DNA of 64,000 nucleotides from Nitrosopumilus sp. (GCA_965205675.1 OZ242186.1:1056001-1120000); one strand, 5' to 3'; positions 8,348 through 19,669 are shown, numbered from the stretch's first letter. The notes: generated by a model not told the origin, from the letters alone. Numbers and translations are program-made.

Positions 8348-9737
8348 GTAACTGTCTAGAGTTTTGAAGTAAAATCTCCAAGATATTCTAAAGAATAATC
8401 ATGAAAGTTTAATCCTCGTAATCTGCATGTCACCTTTATACTCATCAGTATCTTATGAGAATCAGCACCATGAATGGTTCTATGACCGTTTGTAATTTTA
8501 CGAATTATCACATTTGGTCTGATTGCCCTCTCTGCTGTGTTATTGTGTGAATCAGTTCCAGTAATTAGGAATGTAAAAAGCATTTTTCTCTCACGTTTCA
8601 ATCTTTTTACAAACCTGATACAGTTTTTCTCTGTGTATTTTTTTGATATGATGTGATTAATTCTCCTTTCAAGATTCTTTTTTGCATGGATTCTTTCTGA
8701 TTCTGATTTTATTTTTGCCACACCATGAGAGTCATAAATTATTTTCTTGAGATTCTTGGCAAATGGTGCAAATTCTGGTCCGGGATTCTTGTGATTAATG
8801 GTATCATTAACCTCTCTGAGATAATGGATGTGACATTTCTGGTGAGTGCTTCCAACATGGTTCCATGCAGGGTACGAATCACTTGTAATGTTGCCATCAT
8901 ATCCCTTGAGAATTCTCTTGGGAACATCCATTGAACGTGATTTGTCAATCTCGTAAATTACAGTCCATTTACTCACAAATGCCCACAACCAGTGGTTCTG
9001 GCCATCTACCCTCCAACTTGTCTCATCACCATGTATGTTTAGATCTTCTTTTAACTCCACAATCATTGTATCATATCTGCTCCCAAATGCTTTTGATACT
9101 ATTGATACTGCATGATTAATTGCAGATTCTGTAATGTGCAGTGAGAAGAGCATCTGCAAAAGATGAGATATTTTACCATACGATAATCCGATAGTTTTTA
9201 GTGATGTGATTAGCACCATGAGCCTAATTCCAAACCTTTCATTTGACAGTACAGTGTGAATGTTACCCGAGATTTGTTTTTTGCAGTTTGTGCAGTATCG
9301 TCTAACTATCGTATATTTTGTCACAACTGCTTTTGCAGGAATGATGTCTTCTACTATTCTGGTGTATGAATCAGTTGGTTCTGAGAGTGATTTGCCACAT
9401 GTGTTGCACTCTTTTTGGTCAACTGTAATGGCATCATCAATGTGTGCCCGTCTGCTTCTGCTTTTTCTAGGATGTCTTGATGTTTTCTTCTTTTTTGCAG
9501 TTTCAGTCTTGTTTGGTTTTGCTTTGATATTTCTTGCAACAAGTGTAGACACTGTTTGTTTTAGTTCTGCAATTTCTCTGTGTAACTGACGGTTTTCTTG
9601 CTCCAGCGAGCGACATCTGTTACGATAATATTCCAGCTCATCATATACTGACAATTGTATATTGTAATTTGTCACTGATCAGAAAAGATATAGATAAAAA
9701 ATATTAAAGAAAGTACTTCAAAACTCTAGACAGTTAC
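8348..9737 (-). mobile_element. IS66-family element, copy 2 (complete)
   Basis: Perfect 24-bp IRs GTAACTGTCTAGAGTTTTGAAGTA / TACTTCAAAACTCTAGACAGTTAC. The 8-bp flanks do not match each other. Confidence 0.93.
8356..9675 (-). CDS. IS66-family transposase
   Basis: Same as 611-1951 except it lacks the 7 aa RKDIESL and has one E>V change. Confidence 0.93.
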   Translation of the reverse strand: MTNYNIQLSVYDELEYYRNRCRSLEQENRQLHREIAELKQTVSTLVARNIKAKPNKTETAKKKKTSRHPRKSRSRRAHIDDAITVDQKECNTCGKSLSEPTDSYTRIVEDIIPAKAVVTKYTIVRRYCTNCKKQISGNIHTVLSNERFGIRLMVLITSLKTIGLSYGKISHLLQMLFSLHITESAINHAVSIVSKAFGSRYDTMIVELKEDLNIHGDETSWRVDGQNHWLWAFVSKWTVIYEIDKSRSMDVPKRILKGYDGNITSDSYPAWNHVGSTHQKCHIHYLREVNDTINHKNPGPEFAPFAKNLKKIIYDSHGVAKIKSESERIHAKKNLERRINHIISKKYTEKNCIRFVKRLKRERKMLFTFLITGTDSHNNTAERAIRPNVIIRKITNGHRTIHGADSHKILMSIKVTCRLRGLNFHDYSLEYLGDFTSKL

Positions 9738-10251
9738 CTTTTTTTGCTTTTTTGTTAAGTTTGAAAAATACCTTGACTAATTGGAACCCACAATTTATCT
9801 GAAAATTTATCAAAAATTGATTCTTAGAATGATTGATTCTGAAATCGCTTTTGATTCCCTTAATGGCTAGAAGGGAAATTTTGTTGGGATTGTTATTAAT
9901 GTCATGTTTCATCTCCATAATTCGTTTTTGTCTGTATTTCACATCATCAATTAGTCTCTGTGGTTCTGGCTCTATTATCTCAAGAATATTTGTGCCAAAA
10001 TCAAAATCAGGAATATCTGCATCTTTGGCATGTTGTAGATTTACAGATGTAATTGCCTGAACTGGGACTGTTCCCTTGATCCCATTGATCGTATATGTAC
10101 CATGTCGTAATCCGTTTTTTACAGAGATATCTACAGTCAAATCATGATCTCCTAGGCAATCCAATGTAATAAAGTCCGCGTTCTTTGGAATTGATCGATT
10201 AGTCAGAAAAAATCTCGAACAAAAAGTCTGGTTTGTAAGTTTTAATTTCAT
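9718..10251 (-). CDS. Hypothetical protein; C-terminus cut by IS66
   Basis: The last residues (NCLEF) are read from the IS66 IR. Confidence 0.55.
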   Translation of the reverse strand: MKLKLTNQTFCSRFFLTNRSIPKNADFITLDCLGDHDLTVDISVKNGLRHGTYTINGIKGTVPVQAITSVNLQHAKDADIPDFDFGTNILEIIEPEPQRLIDDVKYRQKRIMEMKHDINNNPNKISLLAIKGIKSDFRINHSKNQFLINFQINCGFQLVKVFFKLNKKAKKGNCLEF

Positions 10252-10263
10252 GATTTATCAAGA

Positions 10264-11344
10264 TATAGCGACGATCAAAAGTTCGCAAACATTTTTGCAG
10301 GATTTCTAAAGATATAATTTGCAACATCAAGCTTGAATCTTGTCCTTCTAAAATATTTTGACACTGCATCATTCATCATCGTAAACATTGCATAATATTC
10401 TGAAACCAACAACGCATTCTTGCTTATCTTCCAGCATTGTTCTATCATGTTCAAGTACGGTGATCCTTTTGGCAGCCATATTAGTTTGACATCTCTATTG
10501 TTTGCAAGGTATTCCTTGACCTTCTTTGATTTGTGAACTGATGCTCTATCCAGCATGATTGCAATCTTGCCATATTTCCAGTGTAACTCTTTTAGATATT
10601 CTACAAATCTTCCAACATTGAATCTATCATAGACTCTAAACAGTTGACTGTTATTTTCCGTAATTGTTCCATATACTGCCAAACTTTCATGATTCCCCGT
10701 ATATGGAAGAAATATTCTCTTGGCAACTGGTGACCAGTACTTTTTTCCTGTTTTTGTATCCCTTACAAAAAAATGCTTCATCAGTCATTGCAATGATAAA
10801 TCCATTCTTTTTTAGGTGTGAAATTCTCTTTCTGATGCGTTGCTGCCAGCTTTTCACAGCAGATACGCTTGCATGATTGATATGATATTTTTGTGCAGTT
10901 TTTGCAGACATGCCATACTGGTGCATTACCTTTCTGATGTAAGTGATGTGAAATTTTACTCCAGTGGAATAAAAGATACTTTGCTGTAGCATCACAGGTG
11001 TAAACAAAGTTAGCATTACTTTTGACATGATAGCATCCATTCGAGTCTGGGAGATTGTTCTTGGTCTTCCACTCCTTGGGTGGTCGTAGAGGCCATCGAT
11101 TTCAAAACGACTCACCCATTTTCGTACCCAGTTTGTGCAGCGATGCAATGTCTTTGCAGTGTGTTCTATTTCCTTACCATCTTTTAGAATCATCAAAGAC
11201 TGCCAAGCATTCTTACTGCAACTTTTGAATTTTTTGTATGCTGCTTCAAGGGATTCTAACTTTCATGTATTTTGTTGGGTTAACTGATCAAAAAGTTTTT
11301 TGTTTTGGAATTATTTAGTTCACGAACTTTGTCTTTTCGCTATA
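10264..11344 (-). mobile_element. IS630-family element, subtype A; frameshifted transposase (ORFs 10687-11196 and 10275-10781)
   Basis: TATAGCGA...AAAGTTCG IRs with TA ends. HTH (WVRKWVSRF..GRPR), DEA, LDRASVH and SPYLNMIEQCW motifs. Confidence 0.88.
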
Positions 11345-11482
11345 CCATGGATCAAAAAACTGCGTGTTTGATTGTGAGAGAAGGTAGAGATTAGGCACAC
11401 AATCAACTAAATTATAATGCAAGAGTATTCTAAACTGTAACCAAAACAGAACACTAGAATATCCAAAAAATACACACTTGTC

Positions 11483-12448
11483 ATGCGTCTGGCATGTAGC
11501 TTGGGATCATTGTTATCCGTAAAAGAAGTACTAGAATGCTCAAAAACAATCTCAAATACAAAAACAGACACCATTTGGGTTCCAGAAACTTGGGGAATGG
11601 AGAATTTTTCAATGCTAGGGGCAATATCTGCTAGAACCAGTACTCAAAAAATAGGGTCATCGATAATTAACATCTATTCTAGAAGTCCAACAAATATTGC
11701 AATGGGTGCAGCTACAATAGATTCATTATCTAATGGAAGGTTGATTTTAGGTTTGGGAACTAGCAGCGCCTCAATTGTAGAATCTTTTCATGGCAACAAA
11801 TTTGAAAAGCCCTTACAAAGAATGACTGAATATGTTGAAATAGTCCGACTAGCTTTGTCTGGCAAAAAAATCAATTATGAAGGAAAAATTTTCAAATTAA
11901 AAAATTTTACATTATTAATTAAACCACAAAGAAAACAAATTCCAATTTATGTTGCAGCAATTAATAAAAAAATGGTAGATTTAGCATGGAATATTGGAGA
12001 CGGTGTAATTTTTTATCTCAGACCATTAAATGAAATGAAAAAAACCATATCAAAAATGCAAATAAATAAAAAAATTGATGTCACATGTCAATTAATTACC
12101 TGTGTTTCGAAAAATTCAGATGACGCAATTCAAAGAGCTAAAAAAACTATTGCATTTTATATATCTGTTGGAGAGATATATCGCAAATTTTTAGCAGAAA
12201 ATGGCTATAGTTCAGAAACATTAAATGTTTTTGAAGAATTTAAAAAATCGGGATTTAAATCAAATTACGAATTAATTTCAGAATCCATGCTAAGATCACT
12301 TGCGATATCAGGTTCCCCTGAAGAATGTAAATTACAATTAAATAATTTTATTAATGCAGGAATTGATCAACCTATTTTGCAATTTAATCCAATAGGTAAA
12401 ACAACAGAGTCATTTCAGTTATTTAAAAAAACATTTTTGGAGAATTAA
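11483..12448 (+). CDS. LLM-class (probably F420-dependent) oxidoreductase
   Basis: WVPETWG, IGSSIINIYSRSP, SNGRLILGLG, IPIYVAA. Confidence 0.9.
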   Translation: MRLACSLGSLLSVKEVLECSKTISNTKTDTIWVPETWGMENFSMLGAISARTSTQKIGSSIINIYSRSPTNIAMGAATIDSLSNGRLILGLGTSSASIVESFHGNKFEKPLQRMTEYVEIVRLALSGKKINYEGKIFKLKNFTLLIKPQRKQIPIYVAAINKKMVDLAWNIGDGVIFYLRPLNEMKKTISKMQINKKIDVTCQLITCVSKNSDDAIQRAKKTIAFYISVGEIYRKFLAENGYSSETLNVFEEFKKSGFKSNYELISESMLRSLAISGSPEECKLQLNNFINAGIDQPILQFNPIGKTTESFQLFKKTFLEN

Positions 12449-12449
12449 C

Positions 12450-13559
12450 ATGAATAAAGTAGGGATAGTAGGATATGGAATAACACCTTTTTCAAAAGAA
12501 GATCTGAAAATTGAAACTATTTTATCAAACTCTGCAAAAGAAGTTTTCAAGAATAATTCTGAGATTAATCGAGATGATGTAGATGCAGTTTTAGTATCTA
12601 CAAACAATAACTCAAAATATCTATCTCCAATCTTATCAGAAATGATTGGGATTCAGCCTAAAACGGCTCACTCTATAGAGAGTCTTTGTAATTCAGGTAC
12701 AAATTCCATAGTTTCAGCATATTCTTACATTGCATCAGGTCTGGCAGATATGGTACTTGTGACAGGAGCTGAAAAATATGACAGTCCAGGACAAATACTG
12801 AAATGGGACAATTCCAGAGGAGAATACAAACATCCAATTTTTTGGGCATCAATATTTACAAAATCATACAAACGAGAATATTCAGTTTCAGATGAGCAGC
12901 TGGCAATTGTTTCAGTAAAGAATCACAAACATGCAAAAGAAAACCCAAATGCGTTATATGATAAAACATATTCCATAGAAGATGTGATCAATTCTAAAAA
13001 ACTAACAGATGATCTTAGATTACTTGATTGTTCAAGATCTTGTACTGGGAGCGCGTCCATATTATTGGCATCAAAGGAAAAAACAAACCAATTATCAAAA
13101 AATCCCATATGGATAACAGGCATTGGTCAAAAAACAATTTCGGCAGGATTTACAAAAAATACTTCTTTGAATAGCATGGAATCAACAAAACTGGCAGTTC
13201 AAGATGCATTAAAAATATCAAATAAAGAAATTAAAGATATAGATGTAGCAGAAATACATGATGCATTTTCTGTGTGTGAACCAATGGCATTAGAATCTCT
13301 AGGATTTTCAGAGAAAGGAAAAGGAATAGATACAGTTAAAGAATTACATGAAACAAACAATTTTAAAATAAATCCCAGAGGAGGCTTAATTGGTTCCGGA
13401 CATCCATTAGGAGCTACAGGAATTGCACAAACTATAGAAATTACACAACAACTTCAATCAAATGCAAATAATAGACAAACAGATAATTCTAATGTAGGAT
13501 TAATACATAACATGTCTGCAGCAGCTACATCATCTACAGTATTGATTTTAGAAAAATGA
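12450..13559 (+). CDS. Archaeal thiolase-family protein
   Basis: ESLCNSG, AEIHDAF, INPRGGLIGSGHPLGATG. Confidence 0.92.
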   Translation: MNKVGIVGYGITPFSKEDLKIETILSNSAKEVFKNNSEINRDDVDAVLVSTNNNSKYLSPILSEMIGIQPKTAHSIESLCNSGTNSIVSAYSYIASGLADMVLVTGAEKYDSPGQILKWDNSRGEYKHPIFWASIFTKSYKREYSVSDEQLAIVSVKNHKHAKENPNALYDKTYSIEDVINSKKLTDDLRLLDCSRSCTGSASILLASKEKTNQLSKNPIWITGIGQKTISAGFTKNTSLNSMESTKLAVQDALKISNKEIKDIDVAEIHDAFSVCEPMALESLGFSEKGKGIDTVKELHETNNFKINPRGGLIGSGHPLGATGIAQTIEITQQLQSNANNRQTDNSNVGLIHNMSAAATSSTVLILEK

Positions 13560-13864
13560 GCTTTGAATCAGAATTAACGGCGGGGAAATTTTGTATTCCA
13601 GAATGCATAGAATGTAAAAAAATTGTGTGGCCCCCATCAGAGTTTTGCAGTTATTGTTTTGGAGATGTACATCTAAAAAAAGGGGATTTTAAGGGTAAAA
13701 TTATAGAATTTTCACGACAAAATGATCATTTTTTCTGCATGGTTGAATTTGAAGATACGGTTAGAGTAATGACCAAGATGGCAAAAACACCAGAAATAGG
13801 CCAAAGTGTAAGAATTTCAAATTGCGGAATGAATAATGGAGAGTATTTTTTTCAAATTATTTAA
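13556..13864 (+). CDS. Zn-ribbon/OB-fold (DUF35) thiolase partner
   Basis: CIEC..WPPSEFCSYC; overlaps the thiolase stop. Confidence 0.88.
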   Translation: MSFESELTAGKFCIPECIECKKIVWPPSEFCSYCFGDVHLKKGDFKGKIIEFSRQNDHFFCMVEFEDTVRVMTKMAKTPEIGQSVRISNCGMNNGEYFFQII

Positions 13865-14684
13865 ATTCTGTGAATATGTAAGGGGTTTCTACGGTTTGTT
13901 CAAAAGTCCAAATTGTTGGTAATGAAATAGTATTGATGACTTTTAGATCATGTTTTTGAATTAGCGTATTCCATCCGCCATTTTTCAAATTATCCGAGAA
14001 TTGACGTTTAGCATCTGTGCCTGTAAATACAATTGCCGCCTCATTTTTTAAATTATCAATATTATTAATTCGATCAATGATACTAGTAGCTAGAATATCC
14101 CCTCCCATTTGAGCAAGACCGCCAATAAAAAATACAGGTTTTTTTAAATTTAGTGTAGAATAATCAAACTCTAAAGCATCATTGCATTTGGGGTTAAAAT
14201 TGCAGTTAGTAAAAGTACAGATTGTATTTTGTAATTCAACTAAAACATCATCAATTTCAATACTATGCGAAACCAAACCAACAACATCCCCACAAAACGC
14301 TATTCGTCCATCCCCAGAACCAATATCAATTAATTCAACATAGTTCAATTCTTTTGCAATGCTGGCCATTATATATGCAGACATTATCCATGTTGGGTAA
14401 AATGGTTGACAGCTAGAACCATGCTTGATGCTGTTTAACCAATAATTATTGATATCTCCTTCATAAACAGTACACAAAACATCATCAATTTCTTCCTCAT
14501 AATGATTAAAGTAAATAGGGTTTTTCAGTGCAAAATTATGAAGATGTTTTAAATTTTCAGAAGAAATGTAAAATTTGTCAGAGATAGATGATGGTACTAC
14601 TTCTTGAATATGGGCACTTCCAGAATAATTTTTTGCAAAAGTCTGTTTAATAGAAATCAAATTTTTTACAAGATCATCAAACAT
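13857..14684 (-). CDS. SAM-dependent methyltransferase-like protein
   Basis: PFYPT..., LIDIGSGDGR motif I, IEID. Confidence 0.7.
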   Translation of the reverse strand: MFDDLVKNLISIKQTFAKNYSGSAHIQEVVPSSISDKFYISSENLKHLHNFALKNPIYFNHYEEEIDDVLCTVYEGDINNYWLNSIKHGSSCQPFYPTWIMSAYIMASIAKELNYVELIDIGSGDGRIAFCGDVVGLVSHSIEIDDVLVELQNTICTFTNCNFNPKCNDALEFDYSTLNLKKPVFFIGGLAQMGGDILATSIIDRINNIDNLKNEAAIVFTGTDAKRQFSDNLKNGGWNTLIQKHDLKVINTISLPTIWTFEQTVETPYIFTEFK

Positions 14685-14871
14685 ATTTTTTGTACAGAGA
14701 AGGGTCTGATAAACTCACTGTATCATAGTTTTTTCAATACTTGAGAGAGAGAGCAACTAATAGAAGATCTTCCAGATAACATTTGGATTTTATTCTTATA
14801 AAAAAATCAACAATTACGATTTCAAAGATGCATTTGAGAGTTTCAATTCTAATTGCAGGATTTGTATTACT

Positions 14872-15105
14872 ATACTCTCTAACAAAATTTTATGAACCAT
14901 TGATCTGATTAGCATTACACCATATTAATCAAAATATCACACGACAAATCAAGAATAGTCAGAAATTAATTCAAACATATATGGTAAAAAGGATATCAAG
15001 GTAAAAGAAAGAATATTTTTGATAACACAGGTATTTCTTGAAAAGCAAATTGCATCACAGGCAGTCAAGAGTCTTGGACGTATACATTTATGGGAATACA
15101 AATGG
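14872..15105 (+). pseudogene. Decayed 5' remnant of IS630 subtype B
   Basis: Aligns by eye with 43454-43695 (TATACTCTCTAACAAAATTTTATGA...GTAAAAGAAAG...CAAATTGCATCACA). Confidence 0.7.
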
Positions 15106-15446
15106 ATGATGACTCTGATGATGTCCTGTTGGATGAGTTTCCAAGAGATCACCCCAGTTTAACGCAGTTAAAAAGTACGGAAACAAACAAAATACAATCT
15201 GCCAATCTCACAACATCTGTCATCTTAAAGGAATTCGAAAAATAACACATCCAAATATTATAGAATAAAAAATTTCATTTGGGCATTCAAGTATATGCAA
15301 CAAGAAGATAGTTGATGAACTTTTGTTAGAAAGCATTACTTTGATATCAAAATAGGGAAAAGGATTTGGAAATTCAAATCATATAAAATAACGAAAAAAA
15401 TACTTGTGATGCAAAAATAAGAGTATAACACACTAGTTTTTGTAGA

Positions 15447-15566
15447 TTAGCAATTAATCGAAATGTTGGAGTTTTTACATATGGTATTGTATAAACCAAA
15501 CCCAATAATTATAGCTGCAAAAGTAGCTAATGGTACAAGAAGGAAAAAGTTTGTTTTTTTGCCCAT
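15447..15566 (-). CDS. Small membrane protein (39 aa)
   Basis: MGKKTNFFLLVPLATFAAIIIGFGLYNTICKNSNISINC; below the ORF-track cutoff. Confidence 0.4.
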   Translation of the reverse strand: MGKKTNFFLLVPLATFAAIIIGFGLYNTICKNSNISINC

Positions 15567-15605
15567 ATCAGAAATTAATTAATTGGGTATAAAATTGTCG
15601 CAGTA

Positions 15606-16022
15606 TTATTCAGCGTCAATAGTGAAAATACCAACAGTTTTTGGATCTTGTAGTAATAAGACCATGTTTCGAGGCAGTGAATTAGATGCCTTATCACATT
15701 TAATTGCCAAAGTACGGGGACAAATAAAATTGCTTTTTCTAATAACTATATCGTCAGTATGGCTAAGAATAAGATCAGGATGGCCAGTTCCCATAATTAT
15801 AAAATTATCATCTTTGACTTTTATTGAAAATGTTATTTTAGAATTAGGATTTCTTAGCTTATCCTTCAATTCTTCAGGTAAATCAGAACAACTTGATGTT
15901 GCATTGACACCAACAATACAGTCTCCCCTAGGAGTCAAATGGGATTCTTTAGTAATTTCTAAAGTTGTTTTATGATTAGAACAAATATTTTTATGTCCTG
16001 AAAATTTGATTTCAAATCGCAC
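15606..16022 (-). CDS. DUF371 family protein
   Basis: GHKNI..HKTTLEITKE.HLTPRGDCIVGV. Confidence 0.9.
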   Translation of the reverse strand: MRFEIKFSGHKNICSNHKTTLEITKESHLTPRGDCIVGVNATSSCSDLPEELKDKLRNPNSKITFSIKVKDDNFIIMGTGHPDLILSHTDDIVIRKSNFICPRTLAIKCDKASNSLPRNMVLLLQDPKTVGIFTIDAE

Positions 16023-16354
16023 ATACGCATATTCATATGTGTTTTAAATTAATGTTCCATGTAATCACATGGTTTCGCTTTTTTCATTTGATAGAGTTGT
16101 GACTTTTACGCCTAATCCCCTACCTTTTCAGGACCAGAAATAATGAGACCTCAAAGTATGGATCTTCGTGTAAAGTAGCAATAAGACTTTGTTGTTATTA
16201 TTTCAGGACTATGAATATTACCTGATATGGTTGAAGTAATACTTTGTTGTCATAATTTGTACATGTTACTATAGGTACACCGCTGTTACCTAGTGGAGTG
16301 GACCCCTGTTTTTAGTACCACTTTTTGCATAATCTTACATACAGTCTGATTCAT

Positions 16355-17176
16355 TTATGTTTTCATCTCCCATAACTCCATGAATTCATCAGGAGTAAGG
16401 TATCCTAACGCTGAATGAATCCTGGAACCATTGTAATCGATTCGTGCTTTCTCTAGAGCAACTTCGGCTTCCTGATAGTTTGCAAACTCGTACCTCCACA
16501 AGTATTCCTTCTTGAGTGTCTTGTGGAATGATTCGACATGTCCGTTTTGTTCTGGCGTGTGGTGCCAGATGAATTCGTGTCTTATTCCAAGTAGAACAAC
16601 TGCTTTTCTGAAATCTCGGCTGTTGTATTGCGAACCGTTGTCAGTTCTGAGAATCAGTTTTGTGCAATCAGGCTTTGCAGTAGCTACTGCATTAATGATG
16701 CTGTCAATTGCAGTGCTCTTTGGAGCTGCCACATCAAATGAATGCCAAATCCATTTCCTGCTAAATGCATCAATCACGTTAAAGCAGTAGCACCATCTGT
16801 CAACCCCACACCAGACATATGTGATGTCTGTCTGCCACAACTGGTTTGGTGCATCAGGCTTGAATAATGTTCTGGCAGATTTGATGATGTCATTTTTGGT
16901 CTTTTTAGGCTCAATCCAGCCCAATTTGTGAAATATTCTTCTGATTTGTTTTCTGTTTACAGGCTTGTTCAGTTCCCTTGAGACTTGGGATGCCATGCGT
17001 CTGGTTCCATAAGTTGGCCTTTGTTTTCCAATCTTTTGAACTACATCAGTTACTGCAGGATCTGTCTGAATCCTTCTTGGTGACTTTGAGTAATACCATT
17101 TGGATTTTGAGACTCCAATTAATAACAATGACTTGTTCAAACTGATGTGTTTGTTCAGTTGATTCACTGCAGTCAT
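16355..17176 (-). CDS. IS3 OrfB (DDE integrase core)
   Basis: WQTDITY, RTDNGSQY, PEQNGHVESFHKTLK. Confidence 0.93.
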   Translation of the reverse strand: MTAVNQLNKHISLNKSLLLIGVSKSKWYYSKSPRRIQTDPAVTDVVQKIGKQRPTYGTRRMASQVSRELNKPVNRKQIRRIFHKLGWIEPKKTKNDIIKSARTLFKPDAPNQLWQTDITYVWCGVDRWCYCFNVIDAFSRKWIWHSFDVAAPKSTAIDSIINAVATAKPDCTKLILRTDNGSQYNSRDFRKAVVLLGIRHEFIWHHTPEQNGHVESFHKTLKKEYLWRYEFANYQEAEVALEKARIDYNGSRIHSALGYLTPDEFMELWEMKT

Positions 17177-17463
17177 CTTTTCTGGTTCTCCAACGTTTTT
17201 TTTAAAATGTCATTGGCAATTGTGATCTCGCCGATTAGTTTTTTGAGGGAATCATTTTCCTTTTGCAGATTCTTGCAGACATCTCCGTTTGGTGTGCCAT
17301 TTAATGATGCCTTGCCACCTTCTACAAATCGTTCCCTCCATTGGTAGAATGTCTGTGGATGAATATTGTACTTTCTGCACAACTCTGCAGTTGCAATGTT
17401 TGTGTTTAGTGACTCTAAAACCACTCTTGACTTTTCTGCTGATGTGAATTTGCTCTTTACCAT
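17173..17463 (-). CDS. IS3 OrfA (HTH plus leucine zipper)
   Basis: AELCRKYNIHPQTFYQWR; ATGA overlap with orfB and an A-run near the junction. Confidence 0.92.
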   Translation of the reverse strand: MVKSKFTSAEKSRVVLESLNTNIATAELCRKYNIHPQTFYQWRERFVEGGKASLNGTPNGDVCKNLQKENDSLKKLIGEITIANDILKKTLENQKR

Positions 17464-17673
17464 GAGGGTAAGCCTCCCAAGTTATCTGAAAAGTGTATGT
17501 ATGCTACCGGTCCTACTCTAGAGGGGACCAGACCACTAGATTGAAACGCAGAATATAGAATCACAACAACCATCAAGATCAATATTAATTTATTAGAATA
17601 AAAAATATCTTAGGTCTCAAAGATTATAGAACCATCATGAGCATCATTTTAATACATTATTTCTCAAAAAATC

Positions 17674-18954
17674 TTGATGAGAAATACGACTGCAACAATA
17701 GGCCTGTTGGTTTTGAGTGCAGCATTGCTTGCCATGACAGTATCATCGGCTGATGCCAAAGTGTTATCCCCTCTAAAGCAGTTTAAGCAGGGTGTGCCAA
17801 TAGAGCAGATTCAGTGCAATGGTTCTGCGGTACTACTTGAGTCCCCAAAGGGAAAGCCTGCATGTGTCAAGGACAGTACTGCAAAGAAACTGCTTGATAG
17901 GGGATATCTCATAGTACAAAAAACCATACCTGAGGATACACTGATTGATGATGTCGAACTAACAACATCGAAAACAAATGAAAATCATACATCGGAAATC
18001 ATTGATGAATACAATGAAACTACATTACAATCATTAACAAATATCTACATTGTAGATAAAACAGGTAAGGAATTAGAAAAAATTCCAAATCCTAGTGGTT
18101 ACTGGGTTCCAATAGTAGATAAGAATGAGTTTGCTGAACGTTTCTTTAATGCAGTAGATGATGAGATCATAGAAATAAAAGATAGAACTGACCACAAAGG
18201 TGACTATATCGGGACAGAATATGATGGTAGAGATGGGTTTTTAGTGATTAGCGATTATTATATAATTACTGATGCAAGAGATCAATCAGCTTGGTATTTT
18301 AGTACCGATACAGCATTTGATAGACAAAAACAGATGGAATATGTTAACAACTTTATGAACAAAATTGGATTCAAAGTTAATGGTAATGACGTGTTGCTAT
18401 CTGAATCTTTTATAGACAATTGCACCGAAGTATTCTCGGTGGGCTATAGTTGTAGAACACCTGGCGGTCCAGTTAGTATTGGTATTAGATTGGATGACAA
18501 ATACCATACAGCGTATATTTTCGGAAGTAAATATGATGGTATCGCATTCCTTTTCTATAATAAAGCATACAAAACATACAGTGATTATGGGGTAAAAATT
18601 AGATTTAATGGCTGGAGCAATCATCCTGAACTGATAAAAACCACAATGAATCTAAAAAACACAATTGATTTGGAAACTGCAAAACAGAAAGCTTATGACT
18701 TTGCATTGAAAAATGACGAATTAAACAAGTCACATCGCGACGAGGGTTTATGTGAGTACAAACCATTTGAAAAAGATTTAAAAGCTTTTAATGGTTCGTT
18801 GGATATTGTTTCAGGTGTTCCGTATTATATCATTAAAACAGGTCTTTGTACATACGACAATACAAATACAGGCCATTTTTATCGTCCTTTAGTAATGGTT
18901 GATGCTTGGACTGGCGATTCTATTTTTTTAATTTATCTGGGAGGGGGAGATTAG
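17674..18954 (+). CDS. Secreted hypothetical protein with a thaumarchaeal SPLKQ/ACV domain
   Basis: Signal peptide, then SPLKQFKQGV..IQC..PACVKDSTAKKLLDRG. Confidence 0.75.
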   Translation: MMRNTTATIGLLVLSAALLAMTVSSADAKVLSPLKQFKQGVPIEQIQCNGSAVLLESPKGKPACVKDSTAKKLLDRGYLIVQKTIPEDTLIDDVELTTSKTNENHTSEIIDEYNETTLQSLTNIYIVDKTGKELEKIPNPSGYWVPIVDKNEFAERFFNAVDDEIIEIKDRTDHKGDYIGTEYDGRDGFLVISDYYIITDARDQSAWYFSTDTAFDRQKQMEYVNNFMNKIGFKVNGNDVLLSESFIDNCTEVFSVGYSCRTPGGPVSIGIRLDDKYHTAYIFGSKYDGIAFLFYNKAYKTYSDYGVKIRFNGWSNHPELIKTTMNLKNTIDLETAKQKAYDFALKNDELNKSHRDEGLCEYKPFEKDLKAFNGSLDIVSGVPYYIIKTGLCTYDNTNTGHFYRPLVMVDAWTGDSIFLIYLGGGD

Positions 18955-18955
18955 A

Positions 18956-19669
18956 ATGAAATCATTTGGATTAACATTATTGTTGTTGGTGTTTGTAGTT
19001 GTGTTTTCAATAACTGTGACTAACACCCCATCATCGTTTTCTCAGACTGATGACAATCCACAGTTATTCACTCCAGTTGTAATTGGATCTTCTTCAAATA
19101 TACACATTCCAACATCAGATACGATAACTCAAACAAAAACAGTGAGTGTCCATATGGATGCCTTGGATGCAGAACAGATGGATGTTGCATTATTTGGAGA
19201 AACAGTGACTATCTCAAAGGATAGGGTTACAACAAACGATGATTACTATACGTGGTTTGGTTCAGGTGATAATATCAATGCAGTCATAGTTGTAGATGGA
19301 ACAGAATTAACAGGACAGATTTCAACTGATGATGGGGTATATGGAATTGTTGCAACTGATTTGGAGTCGATACATATTCTACTTGATGTTGACACATCCC
19401 TGCTTCCTCCAGAAGAAGGGGATCAAGACAGTACCGCAATACCTGATGCTGTGTCTGGTCAGAGTCATATTGTATCATCAAGCCAGGCATTGATAACCCA
19501 ATTAGAGAATTCATATGTCGGAGGACGAGATTATTCCAATAACAAAGTAACCATCGATGTGTATGTTGCATATACTCAATTAGTAGAAGATGACAGAGAC
19601 GAAGGTTTCCTCACTCCCGGAATGGGAGCAAGACTGGCAATAGAGCTTGCAAATGACTCATACCAGTAG
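18956..19669 (+). pseudogene. Secreted reprolysin/M12-like metalloprotease precursor, truncated by ISH3 before the catalytic motif
   Basis: Signal peptide, pro-domain (TWFGS..GQIST..VYGI) and TIDVYVAYT...ANDSY. The stop codon comes from the IS IR. Confidence 0.6.

Larger units (their letters stand above)
16294..17535 (-). mobile_element. IS3-family element, copy 1
   Basis: TG...CA ends with imperfect IRs; 4-bp TSD CTAG; orfA/orfB. Confidence 0.95.
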
